UHGV virus genome: UHGV-0291998
Source of the DNA: a virus
Direction: 5' to 3' (one strand)
DNA: 12,507 nt
Shown: positions 1 to 7,583 of the stretch, one piece after another
Layout of the letters: each line of letters begins with the position of its first letter
How positions within the stretch are numbered: the stretch's first letter is position 1
Notes under the pieces: generated by a model
What the model saw: only the letters and a program-made list of their open reading frames with translations
Told to the model about the DNA's origin: nothing
The model's database searches: none
Program-made: the position numbers and the translations under genes

Positions 1-507
1 CAGCAGGATCCCCGCGTTATTCGGGATATACGGGAGCAGTTTTTTGGCAATATGTAAGCCCTGGCCGACACAGCCGTACTGCCCTTTGCTCAGGTCTGCC
101 TTCGGATGATTCAGCGTACTCATATCCTGCACATCATGCAGGCAGTGGTCGGCCGGAATAATATCGTTATATCTGCAGGCAGCCCCACCCGGCGTCACTG
201 TACTGCGGCGCGCCAGCTGTTTAATACGCGGATCCGGAGCATCGTATGAATCCGGCAGCGGAAGCCCTTCACCGTAAGCCATGGCATTGGACTGCCCGGC
301 CAGTACGATGACGTAGTACCACTCCGGCTCAGTTGCACCACTGACCACCACATCACCTTCTGCTGCAATCGCCTGCATCAGGGTATAAGGGGTTATGGCC
401 ACCGGACTACCAAACGGCTGCCAGCCCTCTTTCAGTTTATGTGTCAGCTTTTCCGCAAGGTCTGACGGCGACGCCGCCCTGACAACATCATAATGTTTAA
501 TCGACAT
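1..507 (-). CDS. NanS-p-like sialate O-acetylesterase (SGNH/SASA hydrolase), 5-prime part only; gene continues past the window start
   Basis: Reverse-complement reading from ATG at 507..505 (GGGAG-type RBS about 8 nt upstream on the minus strand) gives MSIKHYDVVRAASPSDLAEKL...WYYVIVLAGQSNAMAYGEGLPLPD... The GQSN block is the nucleophile motif of SGNH/SASA esterases, and the N-terminal ~50 aa resembles the DUF1737-type segment of prophage NanS-p proteins (from memory). The frame is open to position 1, so it is absent from the ORF track. Confidence 0.6.
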   Translation of the reverse strand, partial: MSIKHYDVVRAASPSDLAEKLTHKLKEGWQPFGSPVAITPYTLMQAIAAEGDVVVSGATEPEWYYVIVLAGQSNAMAYGEGLPLPDSYDAPDPRIKQLARRSTVTPGGAACRYNDIIPADHCLHDVQDMSTLNHPKADLSKGQYGCVGQGLHIAKKLLPYIPNNAGILL

Positions 508-953
508 CGAATTTCTCCCGTGTACAGGAACAGAGTTAAAAAGCCGGAACCGGAATCAAATTACAGGATGGCCATCTGCCAGTGGCTGGTCGTAAAAAAA
601 AGGCCACGCCATGCGCAGCCGGAAATAAAGGGATAACGATGATAGTTTGAGAAAAACAGAAACAACACTTTTGTGGCAAAGCATGGTGCCGGGTGCCTCC
701 CGGTGAATTCAGTATCAGCACCTGAATCCGCGATTATCCCATATACCTGGTTGCTGATCGCCCCTCCGCACAGGGGGATTCACCATGCCAGTTTCTTTTA
801 ACAAACTCCCCGCAAACCAGACAACAGTCAACCGCCTGAATTGTGAGGTATTTAAAAATTTCAACGGGTAACTGATACCCTGCTAATCGCCTGATGCTTT
901 CTTTTTCAGCAACGGGAAAGCAACAACCACCACACCCACCAGCCGCCCATTTA

Positions 954-985
954 CCACAAATAAAAAAGCCTTCAGGACTGAAGGC
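954..985 (-). terminator. Rho-independent terminator for the minus-strand gene 972..1169
   Basis: Minus-strand RNA forms GCCUUCA-GUCC-UGAAGGC (stem-loop 968..985) followed directly by UUUUUUAUUU (954..967). The hairpin overlaps the stop codon of the 65-aa gene. Confidence 0.6.
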
Positions 986-1169
986 GTCTGTAACAACCGA
1001 ACTGATAGTCTGCCAGACCCGCCATAACCAGCTGGGTCAGTATTAACTGGCAGCGTTCGCGTGAAAGGTAAGTATTCTGCGCAATCTCCCCGACGATCGC
1101 CGGTTCGGTGACGCTTAATTCATTAAACACCACTCTGGCGGTTTCGGTCATATCCTGCTGTTTCAGCAT
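972..1169 (-). CDS. Small PapI/FaeA-like winged-helix regulator (65 aa), putative
   Basis: ORF-track protein MLKQQDMTETARVVFNELSVTEPAIVGEIAQNTYLSRERCQLILTQLVMAGLADYQFGCYRRLQS. The pattern xxEIAxxTxxSxxxxxxxLxxLxxAGxx matches PapI/FaeA-type regulators as I recall them. Own terminator downstream. Confidence 0.45.
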   Translation of the reverse strand: MLKQQDMTETARVVFNELSVTEPAIVGEIAQNTYLSRERCQLILTQLVMAGLADYQFGCYRRLQS

Positions 1170-1366
1170 GTCTTTTTCCGGTTAACGTGACACACCAATA
1201 ACTCTTGTCGAAAAAGCCAGCAAGCTGAAAGACCGGTATTCACCGCCGCCAGCGCGTTTACTGTACTGGACCGATTTCAGCCATAAAAAAACCCGCTCGC
1301 GGCTGGTTTAAGCTGTGTGGCGTAGTAACCACTCTTAACATACTGACATACTTTTTGCGGACCGCG

Positions 1367-1759
1367 CTAATCATTTTTTACTTTTTTGGGCAGCCAGTCG
1401 TCCATCTCCAGCCTTACACCCAGCATCGACAGACATCCGTCAATAAATCCTTCAGCAATCTGCATCTCAATTCGTATTGCCTTTTCGCTCTTCTTTCTTG
1501 TTCTGGCAATCTGCCTTTTTGATATGCGCAGCAGATAATGAGCTACCAGCAGCGAATACTCGTCCGGTTTTTTCTTCTTCAGGCGCGTAAGGCAGTTTTC
1601 GATGATAAGGCCGTCATCATCGCTGCAGGCCGGGCGAGGTTTAGCGGTGGATGGTAAAAGGCCTTTAAATCCAGCAGCTATCGGAGAATAGTCCACCCCG
1701 GCGTTACCACTTGCCGCCCATGCCCCCCAGCGTTCGAGAACCATCTGAATATCACGCAT
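1367..1759 (-). CDS. Late-gene antitermination protein Q (Q82/QuuD-type)
   Basis: Track ORF 1367..1768; the internal Met at 1759 gives MRDIQMVLERWGAWAA...FKGLLP...CSDDDGLIIENCLTRLKK..., near-identical in its opening to the E. coli cryptic-prophage Q homologue QuuD as recalled. Start overlaps the stop of the upstream gene by 1 nt (TAATG). Confidence 0.85.
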   Translation of the reverse strand: MRDIQMVLERWGAWAASGNAGVDYSPIAAGFKGLLPSTAKPRPACSDDDGLIIENCLTRLKKKKPDEYSLLVAHYLLRISKRQIARTRKKSEKAIRIEMQIAEGFIDGCLSMLGVRLEMDDWLPKKVKND

Positions 1760-2616
1760 TATTCGCACTCACCAACCAGATTGAGAATGACCGCTGCACC
1801 GTCGTCTTCCATGCATTCACCCTTACCACTTGCCAGAAACCAGCGGCACACCTCCACGGCTTCAGCGCGTGTCACCGGTTTGATGGTTGCCAGCAATTTT
1901 TCAAGGTAGCGCTCCCGGTCATATACCGATTCGTGATGCTCAGAGTAACCAAACTCATCGCCCTGTTCTTTAGTTGCAGTGTGGCGAACACTGTAGAGCC
2001 AGTCCCAGTAAACGAACTCGCGAACAACATCAGACAGCGTATAAGGCTCAGGCAGCACATCGCGATATCCATCAACAAATGCCCGACGCTGTTCATCAAT
2101 TTCGTTCATGCGGCTGCCGCCAATGCTTCCGGCTTTTTTCTCTGCCGCAGTCCAGCCCCAGAGATGATCGTTGATAAATTTCTGGGAAGACCTGATGACC
2201 CGCTCTGCTTCCACATCTTCGAGCGCTGCTTCATAGCTACCAAACGTAGCCCTGACTGATGCCGCTTTTTTGATGTTCTCCCGGGCGTTCCTGATAACCT
2301 GCGCAGGGTTATCCATGCCGATGATGCCGAACGCAACCTGGAAAGGTTCGTAACCATTCGCCAGCAGATAACGCGAATAGCGTTCCTGAGCCTCTTTTGG
2401 GGAAATTTTAATTTTCACCAGCGCAGCCTCAGCAGCATCCAGATGTGCGGGTTCGTTCAGACGGATAACCTCCAGCACCCAAAGATAAGCATCAGTCTGC
2501 TTATGCCCGGTGATTCTCCGTTGCTCTGGCAGGGGCTTGATGTTTGCGAGGGCGGAGCTGTACGCTGCCGTCGGGATGGTGAATAGTGCTTTATGTTCGT
2601 TATTATCAGTACGCAT
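1759..2616 (-). CDS. Hypothetical protein (285 aa), between primase and Q; function unknown
   Basis: Long ORF whose start overlaps the primase stop (TAATG at 2614..2618) and whose stop overlaps the Q start. No motif I can assign by eye. Confidence 0.55.
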   Translation of the reverse strand: MRTDNNEHKALFTIPTAAYSSALANIKPLPEQRRITGHKQTDAYLWVLEVIRLNEPAHLDAAEAALVKIKISPKEAQERYSRYLLANGYEPFQVAFGIIGMDNPAQVIRNARENIKKAASVRATFGSYEAALEDVEAERVIRSSQKFINDHLWGWTAAEKKAGSIGGSRMNEIDEQRRAFVDGYRDVLPEPYTLSDVVREFVYWDWLYSVRHTATKEQGDEFGYSEHHESVYDRERYLEKLLATIKPVTRAEAVEVCRWFLASGKGECMEDDGAAVILNLVGECE

Positions 2617-3584
2617 TACGCAACCGCCTTTTTCTTATGGAAAACCAGCTCTCGAACCTGATCACCGTTCATGAGCATATTGTTGAAATCATCGTGATCC
2701 GGCCAGTACACGCTCACGCGCTGCAGGTCATTCTTTGCCATCAGATTGGCATGAGCACATTCGCAAGCCGCAGCCAGCCCGGTGGCGCTGTTCTCGTCAC
2801 GGTCGGCAAAAATAATCAGGTGCAGAACACCAGCTGGTACGCGAAACTTTTTCATAAAGCCGCTGTTAATGGTTGCCCAGGTGTTCACGTTATAAATCTG
2901 GTGCGCTGACAGCGCTGTTTCGATGCCTTCGGCGATACCCAGAGTGCTGGCGACAGGAAACATGCGGATAGCTACAGAACGAGCGTGATCCAAATAGTTA
3001 TCTTCCTGCAGGGATTTGAGGCGCTTTGCACTGCTACCGATATCTGCTTTTTTATCACCATCAAGCAGAGTCTGGTGCAGATAGCACAACTCCCCTTTAT
3101 CGTCCGTAGCAAGTGAATAAAGAGACTGGAACACACTCCCGTTGTGTCTCTGCCTGGCATTGAACCGGATCGCCTCAGCAGGAAGACTGAATATTCCACG
3201 AGAATTAAGATACGCTGCGCCGGATGTACCACGCAGTGCCTCCAGTTTTGAAAACTTGCTCAATACCCGTTTGCGTAAGCTGGTGGCGCTGCTGGTTACC
3301 GGGATTTTAACCCGTTGGTAATCATTACCGATCAGGCGGTCTATTTCGGTACAAATCTCGTTAAATGGCTTCGCCTGTGTCAGGGTGACAAGTTTCATAC
3401 CATCGCCACTACCACATACACAGATCCACGTTCCTGCACCGTCGCGGTCGTCAATTCGGAACTTGCCACGTGCACCGCATACCGGGCATTCACCCTTGAA
3501 GTGATTTTTTCCGGTTATCGGCGGCAGACCGAAGTGCTCTAATATTTCAGGCCAGCGGCCTTTCGCTGCATCTGCTGTTTTCAT
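2616..3584 (-). CDS. DNA primase, N-terminal zinc-ribbon plus TOPRIM domain (DnaG/P4-alpha-like)
   Basis: N-terminus ...HFKGECPVCGARGKFRIDD..GAGTWICVCGSGDG is a primase Zn-ribbon pattern. IAEGIETALS (Glu) and IIFADRDEN (DxD) are TOPRIM signatures. Start codon lies 1 nt after the helicase stop. Confidence 0.8.
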   Translation of the reverse strand: MKTADAAKGRWPEILEHFGLPPITGKNHFKGECPVCGARGKFRIDDRDGAGTWICVCGSGDGMKLVTLTQAKPFNEICTEIDRLIGNDYQRVKIPVTSSATSLRKRVLSKFSKLEALRGTSGAAYLNSRGIFSLPAEAIRFNARQRHNGSVFQSLYSLATDDKGELCYLHQTLLDGDKKADIGSSAKRLKSLQEDNYLDHARSVAIRMFPVASTLGIAEGIETALSAHQIYNVNTWATINSGFMKKFRVPAGVLHLIIFADRDENSATGLAAACECAHANLMAKNDLQRVSVYWPDHDDFNNMLMNGDQVRELVFHKKKAVA

Positions 3585-3585
3585 C

Positions 3586-5244
3586 TTACTGACTCAGACT
3601 GTTTATATTTTTCTGGAGTTGGTGCTTTGCCTGCATGATGCGCCAGGCCTCACTGCCTGCCGGTATCTCACGTCGTTCATCACGTTCCTGAGATAAATCA
3701 ATCGTTGTTTGTGCGTTTTCAGTGACCTTCTGAACCCGCTGGTGGCCTTTGGCAAACCGGATCAGTTTGTGTCTGATGTAGTTATTTACCTCAGGGGTAA
3801 TTTCCATCGGAAAGTTACTCAGTCCGTCAGGCCACTCACCGAACTTTTCCCGGAAAGTGTGAGCACACCATCCGTCACTGACTGGACGCCCCAGCGAAGC
3901 ACGCTGGCGCTGATAAAATTTGATCTGACTCCACCAGGACTGTTTCTCTGCCTTCGTCGACTGATGCTGATTTTTACCCAGCTTATTAAGTTTGCGGCTA
4001 GTGTCAGTATCAACGTCTTCACCTCGCAGCGGCTTGTGTCCACATTTCGGGCAAACATAGACGCCTGCTGGCTTCATGTAGTGGCATTGAGGGCATTCAT
4101 GTGGCAGTTTTTCGGCCCGTTCCTCAACTGCCCGGCGCGCGCTTTCCTCCATGCCGTCAGACTTACCGGGAAGCTCGTCGTACTCGATTGAATCCGGATA
4201 ACCCAAACGGTGCACGGTGCCGCTGTGATCGAAGATAAGGCAGGACTCTTTACCCGGTGCGGTGCGCAGCCCACGCCCGAGAGCCTGCAACCAGCGAATT
4301 TCGCTTTTTGTTGGCCTGGCGTAGATGATGCAACGAACGTCACTATCAAAGCCGGCCACCAGAACGCCCACACTAACGATGATTTTCGTTGCACCGGTTT
4401 CAAAGCGGTGAATGATGGTCTGGCGCTCATCTACCGGAGTGTCGGCGGTCATTACCTCAGCGTTAACACCCGCCAGGTTAAACTGGATTGTCAGATAATT
4501 GGCGTGAGCTACGTTGACGCAGAAAGCGATGGTAGGTAAATCCCGACCATTCTCCAGCCAGTTCTGTACGATGTCGCCCACCAGCGTAGAGCCGCACATG
4601 ATTTCAGCCAGCTGTGTTTCGTTGTAATCGCGGCCGTACTCAAGCGAAGATGTGGTTTTAACACCTTTCAGATCCGGCTTAGTTGGCGCGTAAAATTCGT
4701 ATTTACTCAGATCGCCACGCTGGATTAACTCGCCGATGGTGGTCGGCTTAATCAGTCGGTCATAGTATTTGCCCAGGAACGGAGAAAACGGAGTACCCGA
4801 CAGGCCAATCACCTTTACGCCTTTGCCGCGCAGACGTTCGATATCCTTCAGGATGCGTTTTTTACGCAGGTGCGCTTCGTCGATAATCAGCAGATCGATA
4901 TTTTCAGGAAAAACACGACGAATAAGCGTGTCAGCGCTGGCAATCTGAATTTTCCGGTCCGGATCGTAGTTCGGGTGATCCGCCCAGATATAACCGATTT
5001 CATCTCCAGGTAAACCATACTGCACGAACCGATTAGCCGTCTGACCAATCAGGATGGTGTACGGAACACAGAACAGAACACGCATACCACGGCTGACAAA
5101 ACCAGCAACTATGAAGGCTGCCAGACCCGTTTTACCGCTACCTGTTGGCGAGTAAACCATGAAGGTGTCGTTTGCCTTCCAGTCACGGCGCAACATGTTT
5201 AACGCTCGTTCCTGTGCAAAATTCGGCGTGATCGTCAGCTCCAT
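3586..5244 (-). CDS. Superfamily-2 DEAD/DEAH-box helicase with C-terminal Cys4 zinc finger (phage replicative helicase)
   Basis: Walker A SPTGSGKT, motif II LIIDEAHL, motif III LSGTPF, motif VI QALGRGLR, plus C-terminal CPQCH...CPKCGH. GGAG RBS about 8 nt upstream of the ATG at 5244. Confidence 0.85.
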   Translation of the reverse strand: MELTITPNFAQERALNMLRRDWKANDTFMVYSPTGSGKTGLAAFIVAGFVSRGMRVLFCVPYTILIGQTANRFVQYGLPGDEIGYIWADHPNYDPDRKIQIASADTLIRRVFPENIDLLIIDEAHLRKKRILKDIERLRGKGVKVIGLSGTPFSPFLGKYYDRLIKPTTIGELIQRGDLSKYEFYAPTKPDLKGVKTTSSLEYGRDYNETQLAEIMCGSTLVGDIVQNWLENGRDLPTIAFCVNVAHANYLTIQFNLAGVNAEVMTADTPVDERQTIIHRFETGATKIIVSVGVLVAGFDSDVRCIIYARPTKSEIRWLQALGRGLRTAPGKESCLIFDHSGTVHRLGYPDSIEYDELPGKSDGMEESARRAVEERAEKLPHECPQCHYMKPAGVYVCPKCGHKPLRGEDVDTDTSRKLNKLGKNQHQSTKAEKQSWWSQIKFYQRQRASLGRPVSDGWCAHTFREKFGEWPDGLSNFPMEITPEVNNYIRHKLIRFAKGHQRVQKVTENAQTTIDLSQERDERREIPAGSEAWRIMQAKHQLQKNINSLSQ

Positions 5245-5657
5245 TGTGCAGCTCCCGTGCTGATGAGATAATAATTTTGTGATGTGGTTTTCATGGATTC
5301 CCCCTCACATGGCTGGTGGCCTCCCCAAAGGCTGCCAGCCTCCCTTCTGATTCAGCTCCTCTGAAAAATCACTCTTCCAGGAAGAACCCTTTTCGTTTCT
5401 CAGCGCCTGAGCGCTTTGTACTACCTTGCTGATACGGGCGTTTTTTTAAATTGCGCCCTTAAGACAGTGATCTACTTAACCAATGGATCTCTCCTGTTGG
5501 AAAAGACCCTATTCCTGCCCCAACACCCAATCCCCCCTTACCCCCCTTACCCTCTTCCCCATAAAAACGTACTACTTCCCTAGTACACATGAGGAGTTGG
5601 GTCAGTTGGTTGCCAACCTGAACAGGCACCTTTAAGCCTGCTTCTGTTCGGGTACCT
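5245..5657. promoter_or_regulatory. 413-bp structured non-coding region upstream of the replication operon (candidate origin / nut-terminator region)
   Basis: No convincing ORF. Imperfect 11-bp inverted repeat GGCTGGTGGCC/GGCTGCCAGCC (5311..5340), hairpin TTCGGGT/ACCCGAA (5647..5668) across the stop of the 102-aa gene, and a pyrimidine-rich tract at 5511..5560. Confidence 0.3.
5511..5560 (-). repeat. C-rich (plus) / G-rich (minus) tract with tandem CCCCCCTTA repeat; G-quadruplex-type motif on the minus strand
   Basis: Plus strand ...ctgccccaacacccaatCCCCCCTTACCCCCCTTACCCTCTTCCCC. The minus strand therefore carries at least five G3+ runs separated by 1-4 nt loops (GGGG-AAGA-GGG-TAA-GGGGGG-TAA-GGGGGG). 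Confidence 0.5.
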
Positions 5658-5966
5658 TTAAACCCGAAACAGTGAGGAGCGCGATTGCGATCCAGCCAGG
5701 GGAGGTTCGGCTGTATACCCCTGTAAAGCTCTGCCCTGATTTCTTACAAACAGGCGGAGCCTTGTGTTTGCTTCGTGCCTTGCTCTGTTCTCCTTGCGGA
5801 ATGAAACAGGCTCAGCGTCAAAAGTGATTTCGTATACCTCCGCATATTTCAGGGCAACCTTCCGTCTCAGTGACGGAGGCAGCCCCTGTAACTGCTGCTG
5901 AATCCACTCTTCGTCTGCCTGGCAGTACCTAGATGGCATCTCTGTCTGAACGTAATTCTGGGACAT
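5658..5966 (-). CDS. Hypothetical protein (102 aa) downstream of cro (cII-like position); function unknown
   Basis: Track ORF MSQNYVQTEMPSRYCQADEEWIQQQLQGLPPSLRRKVALKYAEVYEITF... AAGGG-type RBS 5 nt upstream of the ATG. Overlaps the 3-prime end of the cro-like gene by about 38 nt. Confidence 0.5.
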   Translation of the reverse strand: MSQNYVQTEMPSRYCQADEEWIQQQLQGLPPSLRRKVALKYAEVYEITFDAEPVSFRKENRARHEANTRLRLFVRNQGRALQGYTAEPPLAGSQSRSSLFRV

Positions 5967-6216
5967 ACAAGCCCTTCACCTCCCCCGTGCGCGCTAAGCT
6001 TGGATGTGGAAAAAGCTCTGGTAGGTCTGGCCGAAATTCATACGCTTGGATCTTTCCGTCGACAGCTGCAACCAATAACGGCACAAATTCTGGTGAAATC
6101 TTGTTCTTGCAGTTCAACCAATCGCAGACTGTTGACTGGGCCTTTCCGCATCGCTTGGCTAAGGCTTGCTGACTTCCAAGAATCTCAATAGCTTTCTCTA
6201 TGGCTTTATGTTTCAT
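5929..6216 (-). CDS. Cro-like HTH regulator of the YdaS family
   Basis: The internal start MKHKAIEKAIEILGSQQALAKRCGKAQSTVCDWLNCKNKISPEFVPLLVAAVDGKIQAYEFRPDL has an AGGAG RBS 8 nt upstream and parallels E. coli Rac YdaS as recalled. The track start at 6267 lacks an RBS and would run into the operator. Confidence 0.7.
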   Translation of the reverse strand: MKHKAIEKAIEILGSQQALAKRCGKAQSTVCDWLNCKNKISPEFVPLLVAAVDGKIQAYEFRPDLPELFPHPSLARTGEVKGLYVPELRSDRDAI

Positions 6217-6283
6217 AATCGCATCTCCTATTGAACGCATAATAACAACAGGAAAAGCGATATTCAACGTTAAACATAGAATA

Positions 6284-6303
6284 TTTATCGGAAAGCCGAT
6301 AAA
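6284..6303. promoter_or_regulatory. Operator-like perfect palindrome in the cI/cro divergent region
   Basis: TTTATCGG-AAAG-CCGATAAA has 8-bp perfect inverted arms. It sits between a minus-strand -35-like TTGGCT (6306..6311) and a weak -10-like element (6283..6288) upstream of the cro-like gene. Confidence 0.55.
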
Positions 6304-6335
6304 CTAGCCAAGATAGAGAGGGGAGGAAAATCGCA

Positions 6336-7028
6336 ATGACATTTTCAGAACGACTTGATTTAGCTATGCGCAACGCAAAATTTACGCAAGGTAGGCTGGC
6401 CAAAGAAGTGGGTATGGCTCAGTCCAGTGTTAATCAACTACTTAACAAAGCCAACGGTTCCAGAAAAACAGTCGAAATAGCAAAAGTTTTGGGCGTTAAC
6501 CCGGAATGGCTCGCATCGGGTGTTGGCCCAATGGAAATCGTGACCTCTGCAGACTCACACCAAATACGTAACATTTCTGAAGATTGGGTTACTGATTCGT
6601 ATGTCGTGGATGTTTTAGACATCAGATATAGTTGCGGACCTGGTAGTTATAACTCTGATTTTCCTGATATTGTCAGATCTATAGCGATAGAACCAGGATA
6701 CGCATCAAGAGTTTTTGGCGGCAGACCAGCATCAGCAATCAAAGCAATAAACGCCCACGGCGACAGTATGAAAGGCACAATAGACCCTGAAGACTTGGTA
6801 TTTGTAGATGTATCAGTTCGCACATTTAATGGTGATGGTATATACGCCTTTACATACTCTGGAACATCGCACATCAAAAGACTTCAAAAAATCAAAGATA
6901 CTCTAACGGTGATATCTGACAACCCAGCTTACAAGGATTGGGCTATCGAACCGGAAGACTTCGAACAACTTCACATTGACGGAAAAGTAATTGTCAGTTG
7001 GCCTATGACACTACACCGTTTTGCATAA
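6336..7028 (+). CDS. CI-type prophage repressor (XRE HTH + LexA-like S24 peptidase domain)
   Basis: N-terminal HTH ...QGRLAKEVGMAQSSVNQLLNKANGSRKTVEIAKVLGVNPEWL and C-terminal S24 core with Ser in AHGDSMKGTI and Lys in SHIKRLQKI. GGGAGG RBS 9 nt upstream. Divergent from the cro-like gene. Confidence 0.9.
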   Translation: MTFSERLDLAMRNAKFTQGRLAKEVGMAQSSVNQLLNKANGSRKTVEIAKVLGVNPEWLASGVGPMEIVTSADSHQIRNISEDWVTDSYVVDVLDIRYSCGPGSYNSDFPDIVRSIAIEPGYASRVFGGRPASAIKAINAHGDSMKGTIDPEDLVFVDVSVRTFNGDGIYAFTYSGTSHIKRLQKIKDTLTVISDNPAYKDWAIEPEDFEQLHIDGKVIVSWPMTLHRFA

Positions 7029-7046
7029 GCAAAAATCATTTAACCC

Positions 7047-7072
7047 GCCCACTCTTAAGTGGGCTTTTTTTT
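7047..7072 (+). terminator. Rho-independent terminator after cI
   Basis: GCCCACT-CTTA-AGTGGGC stem-loop (7047..7064) followed by T8 (7065..7072). Confidence 0.8.
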
Positions 7073-7093
7073 GGGAAAAAATCGATAAACCAA

Positions 7094-7122
7094 TTGACAG
7101 GTGAAATCGGTAAACCTATTAT
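7094..7122 (+). promoter_or_regulatory. Near-consensus sigma70 promoter (pL-like) driving the downstream cassette
   Basis: TTGACA (7094..7099), 17-nt spacer, TATTAT (7117..7122). ATCG(G/A) operator-half-like motifs at about 7081, 7106 and 7134, the middle one overlapping the -10. Confidence 0.6.
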
Positions 7123-7162
7123 CTTGACATAGGTATCGAACTCACCAAAGCAATTATAGAGG

Positions 7163-7582
7163 ATGAGAAAAATGTCATCGTATATGGGATTACCAACAAA
7201 TCAGCACGATGCTCTTGAGAATATTCAGCTCTTAGTAGGGACTGGTGCACTACTGTATAGCAGCAATAACCCTGAGTTAATTGAACTTGCCAGCTCCATC
7301 CTGGCTGTAACTCAAAAATATAGCCTCACCGCGTCACGTTTATGCAAACAAAATTTAGCTATTAATTCCCAGAATCGGATTCGCACCCAACGCGAAACCT
7401 GCGGCTTAACAACCGCCGAACTCGCTAGGCTGCTCGATCTCGATGAAGAAATTATCATCCAGTGGGAGAGCGGAGAGTACGAACCAACCATCAGCATGCT
7501 TATCCCTCTGGCTAATGTTCTTGGCTGTGATCCAATGTTGTTATTGACTGATGCTTATAAACAAAATCAGGAGGAAGCATAA
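7163..7582 (+). CDS. Protein with unassigned N-terminal domain and C-terminal XRE-type HTH (139 aa)
   Basis: C-terminal ...RIRTQRETCGLTTAELARLLDLDEEIIIQWESGEYEPTISMLIPLANVLGCDPMLLL is an HTH_3/XRE pattern. The N-terminal ~70 aa has no motif I recognise. The start may be the second ATG at 7172 (GAGG upstream). Confidence 0.65.
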   Translation: MRKMSSYMGLPTNQHDALENIQLLVGTGALLYSSNNPELIELASSILAVTQKYSLTASRLCKQNLAINSQNRIRTQRETCGLTTAELARLLDLDEEIIIQWESGEYEPTISMLIPLANVLGCDPMLLLTDAYKQNQEEA

Positions 7583-7583
7583 G

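Noticed and set aside
536-721. 61-aa minus-strand ORF in the region between the esterase start and the PapI-like gene
   Set aside because: No RBS, odd composition (CCFCF), and it lies in a region that looks like promoter/leader sequence; probably non-coding.
1278-1305. Possible tR-prime-like terminator downstream of Q (GC hairpin next to a T7 run on the minus strand)
   Set aside because: The stem directly preceding the U-run is only 3-4 bp; the longer pairing CAGCC/GGCTG encloses the U-run in its loop. Too weak to call; the convincing terminator is at 954..985.
1711-4539. Plus-strand ORFs overlapping the minus-strand replication/Q operon (1711..2259, 1974..2174, 2586..2909, 3315..3542, 3709..4191, 4210..4539) and the small minus-strand ORFs nested out of frame (1872..2099, 2106..2357, 2972..3232, 3819..4058, 4074..4430)
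   Set aside because: They lie antisense to or inside long ORFs with clear helicase, primase and Q motifs, and have no RBS and no recognisable motifs; typical shadow ORFs.
6206-6877. Minus-strand ORFs 6206..6403, 6434..6622 and 6647..6877, and the upstream-extended cro start at 6267
   Set aside because: They are antisense to the well-supported cI gene or run across the operator palindrome. The cro-like gene has a proper RBS only for the ATG at 6216.
7124-7152. Second TTGACA hexamer 25 bp downstream of the main -35
   Set aside because: No acceptable -10 at 16-18 bp spacing (AAAGCA); likely coincidental or part of operator-like sequence rather than a second promoter.
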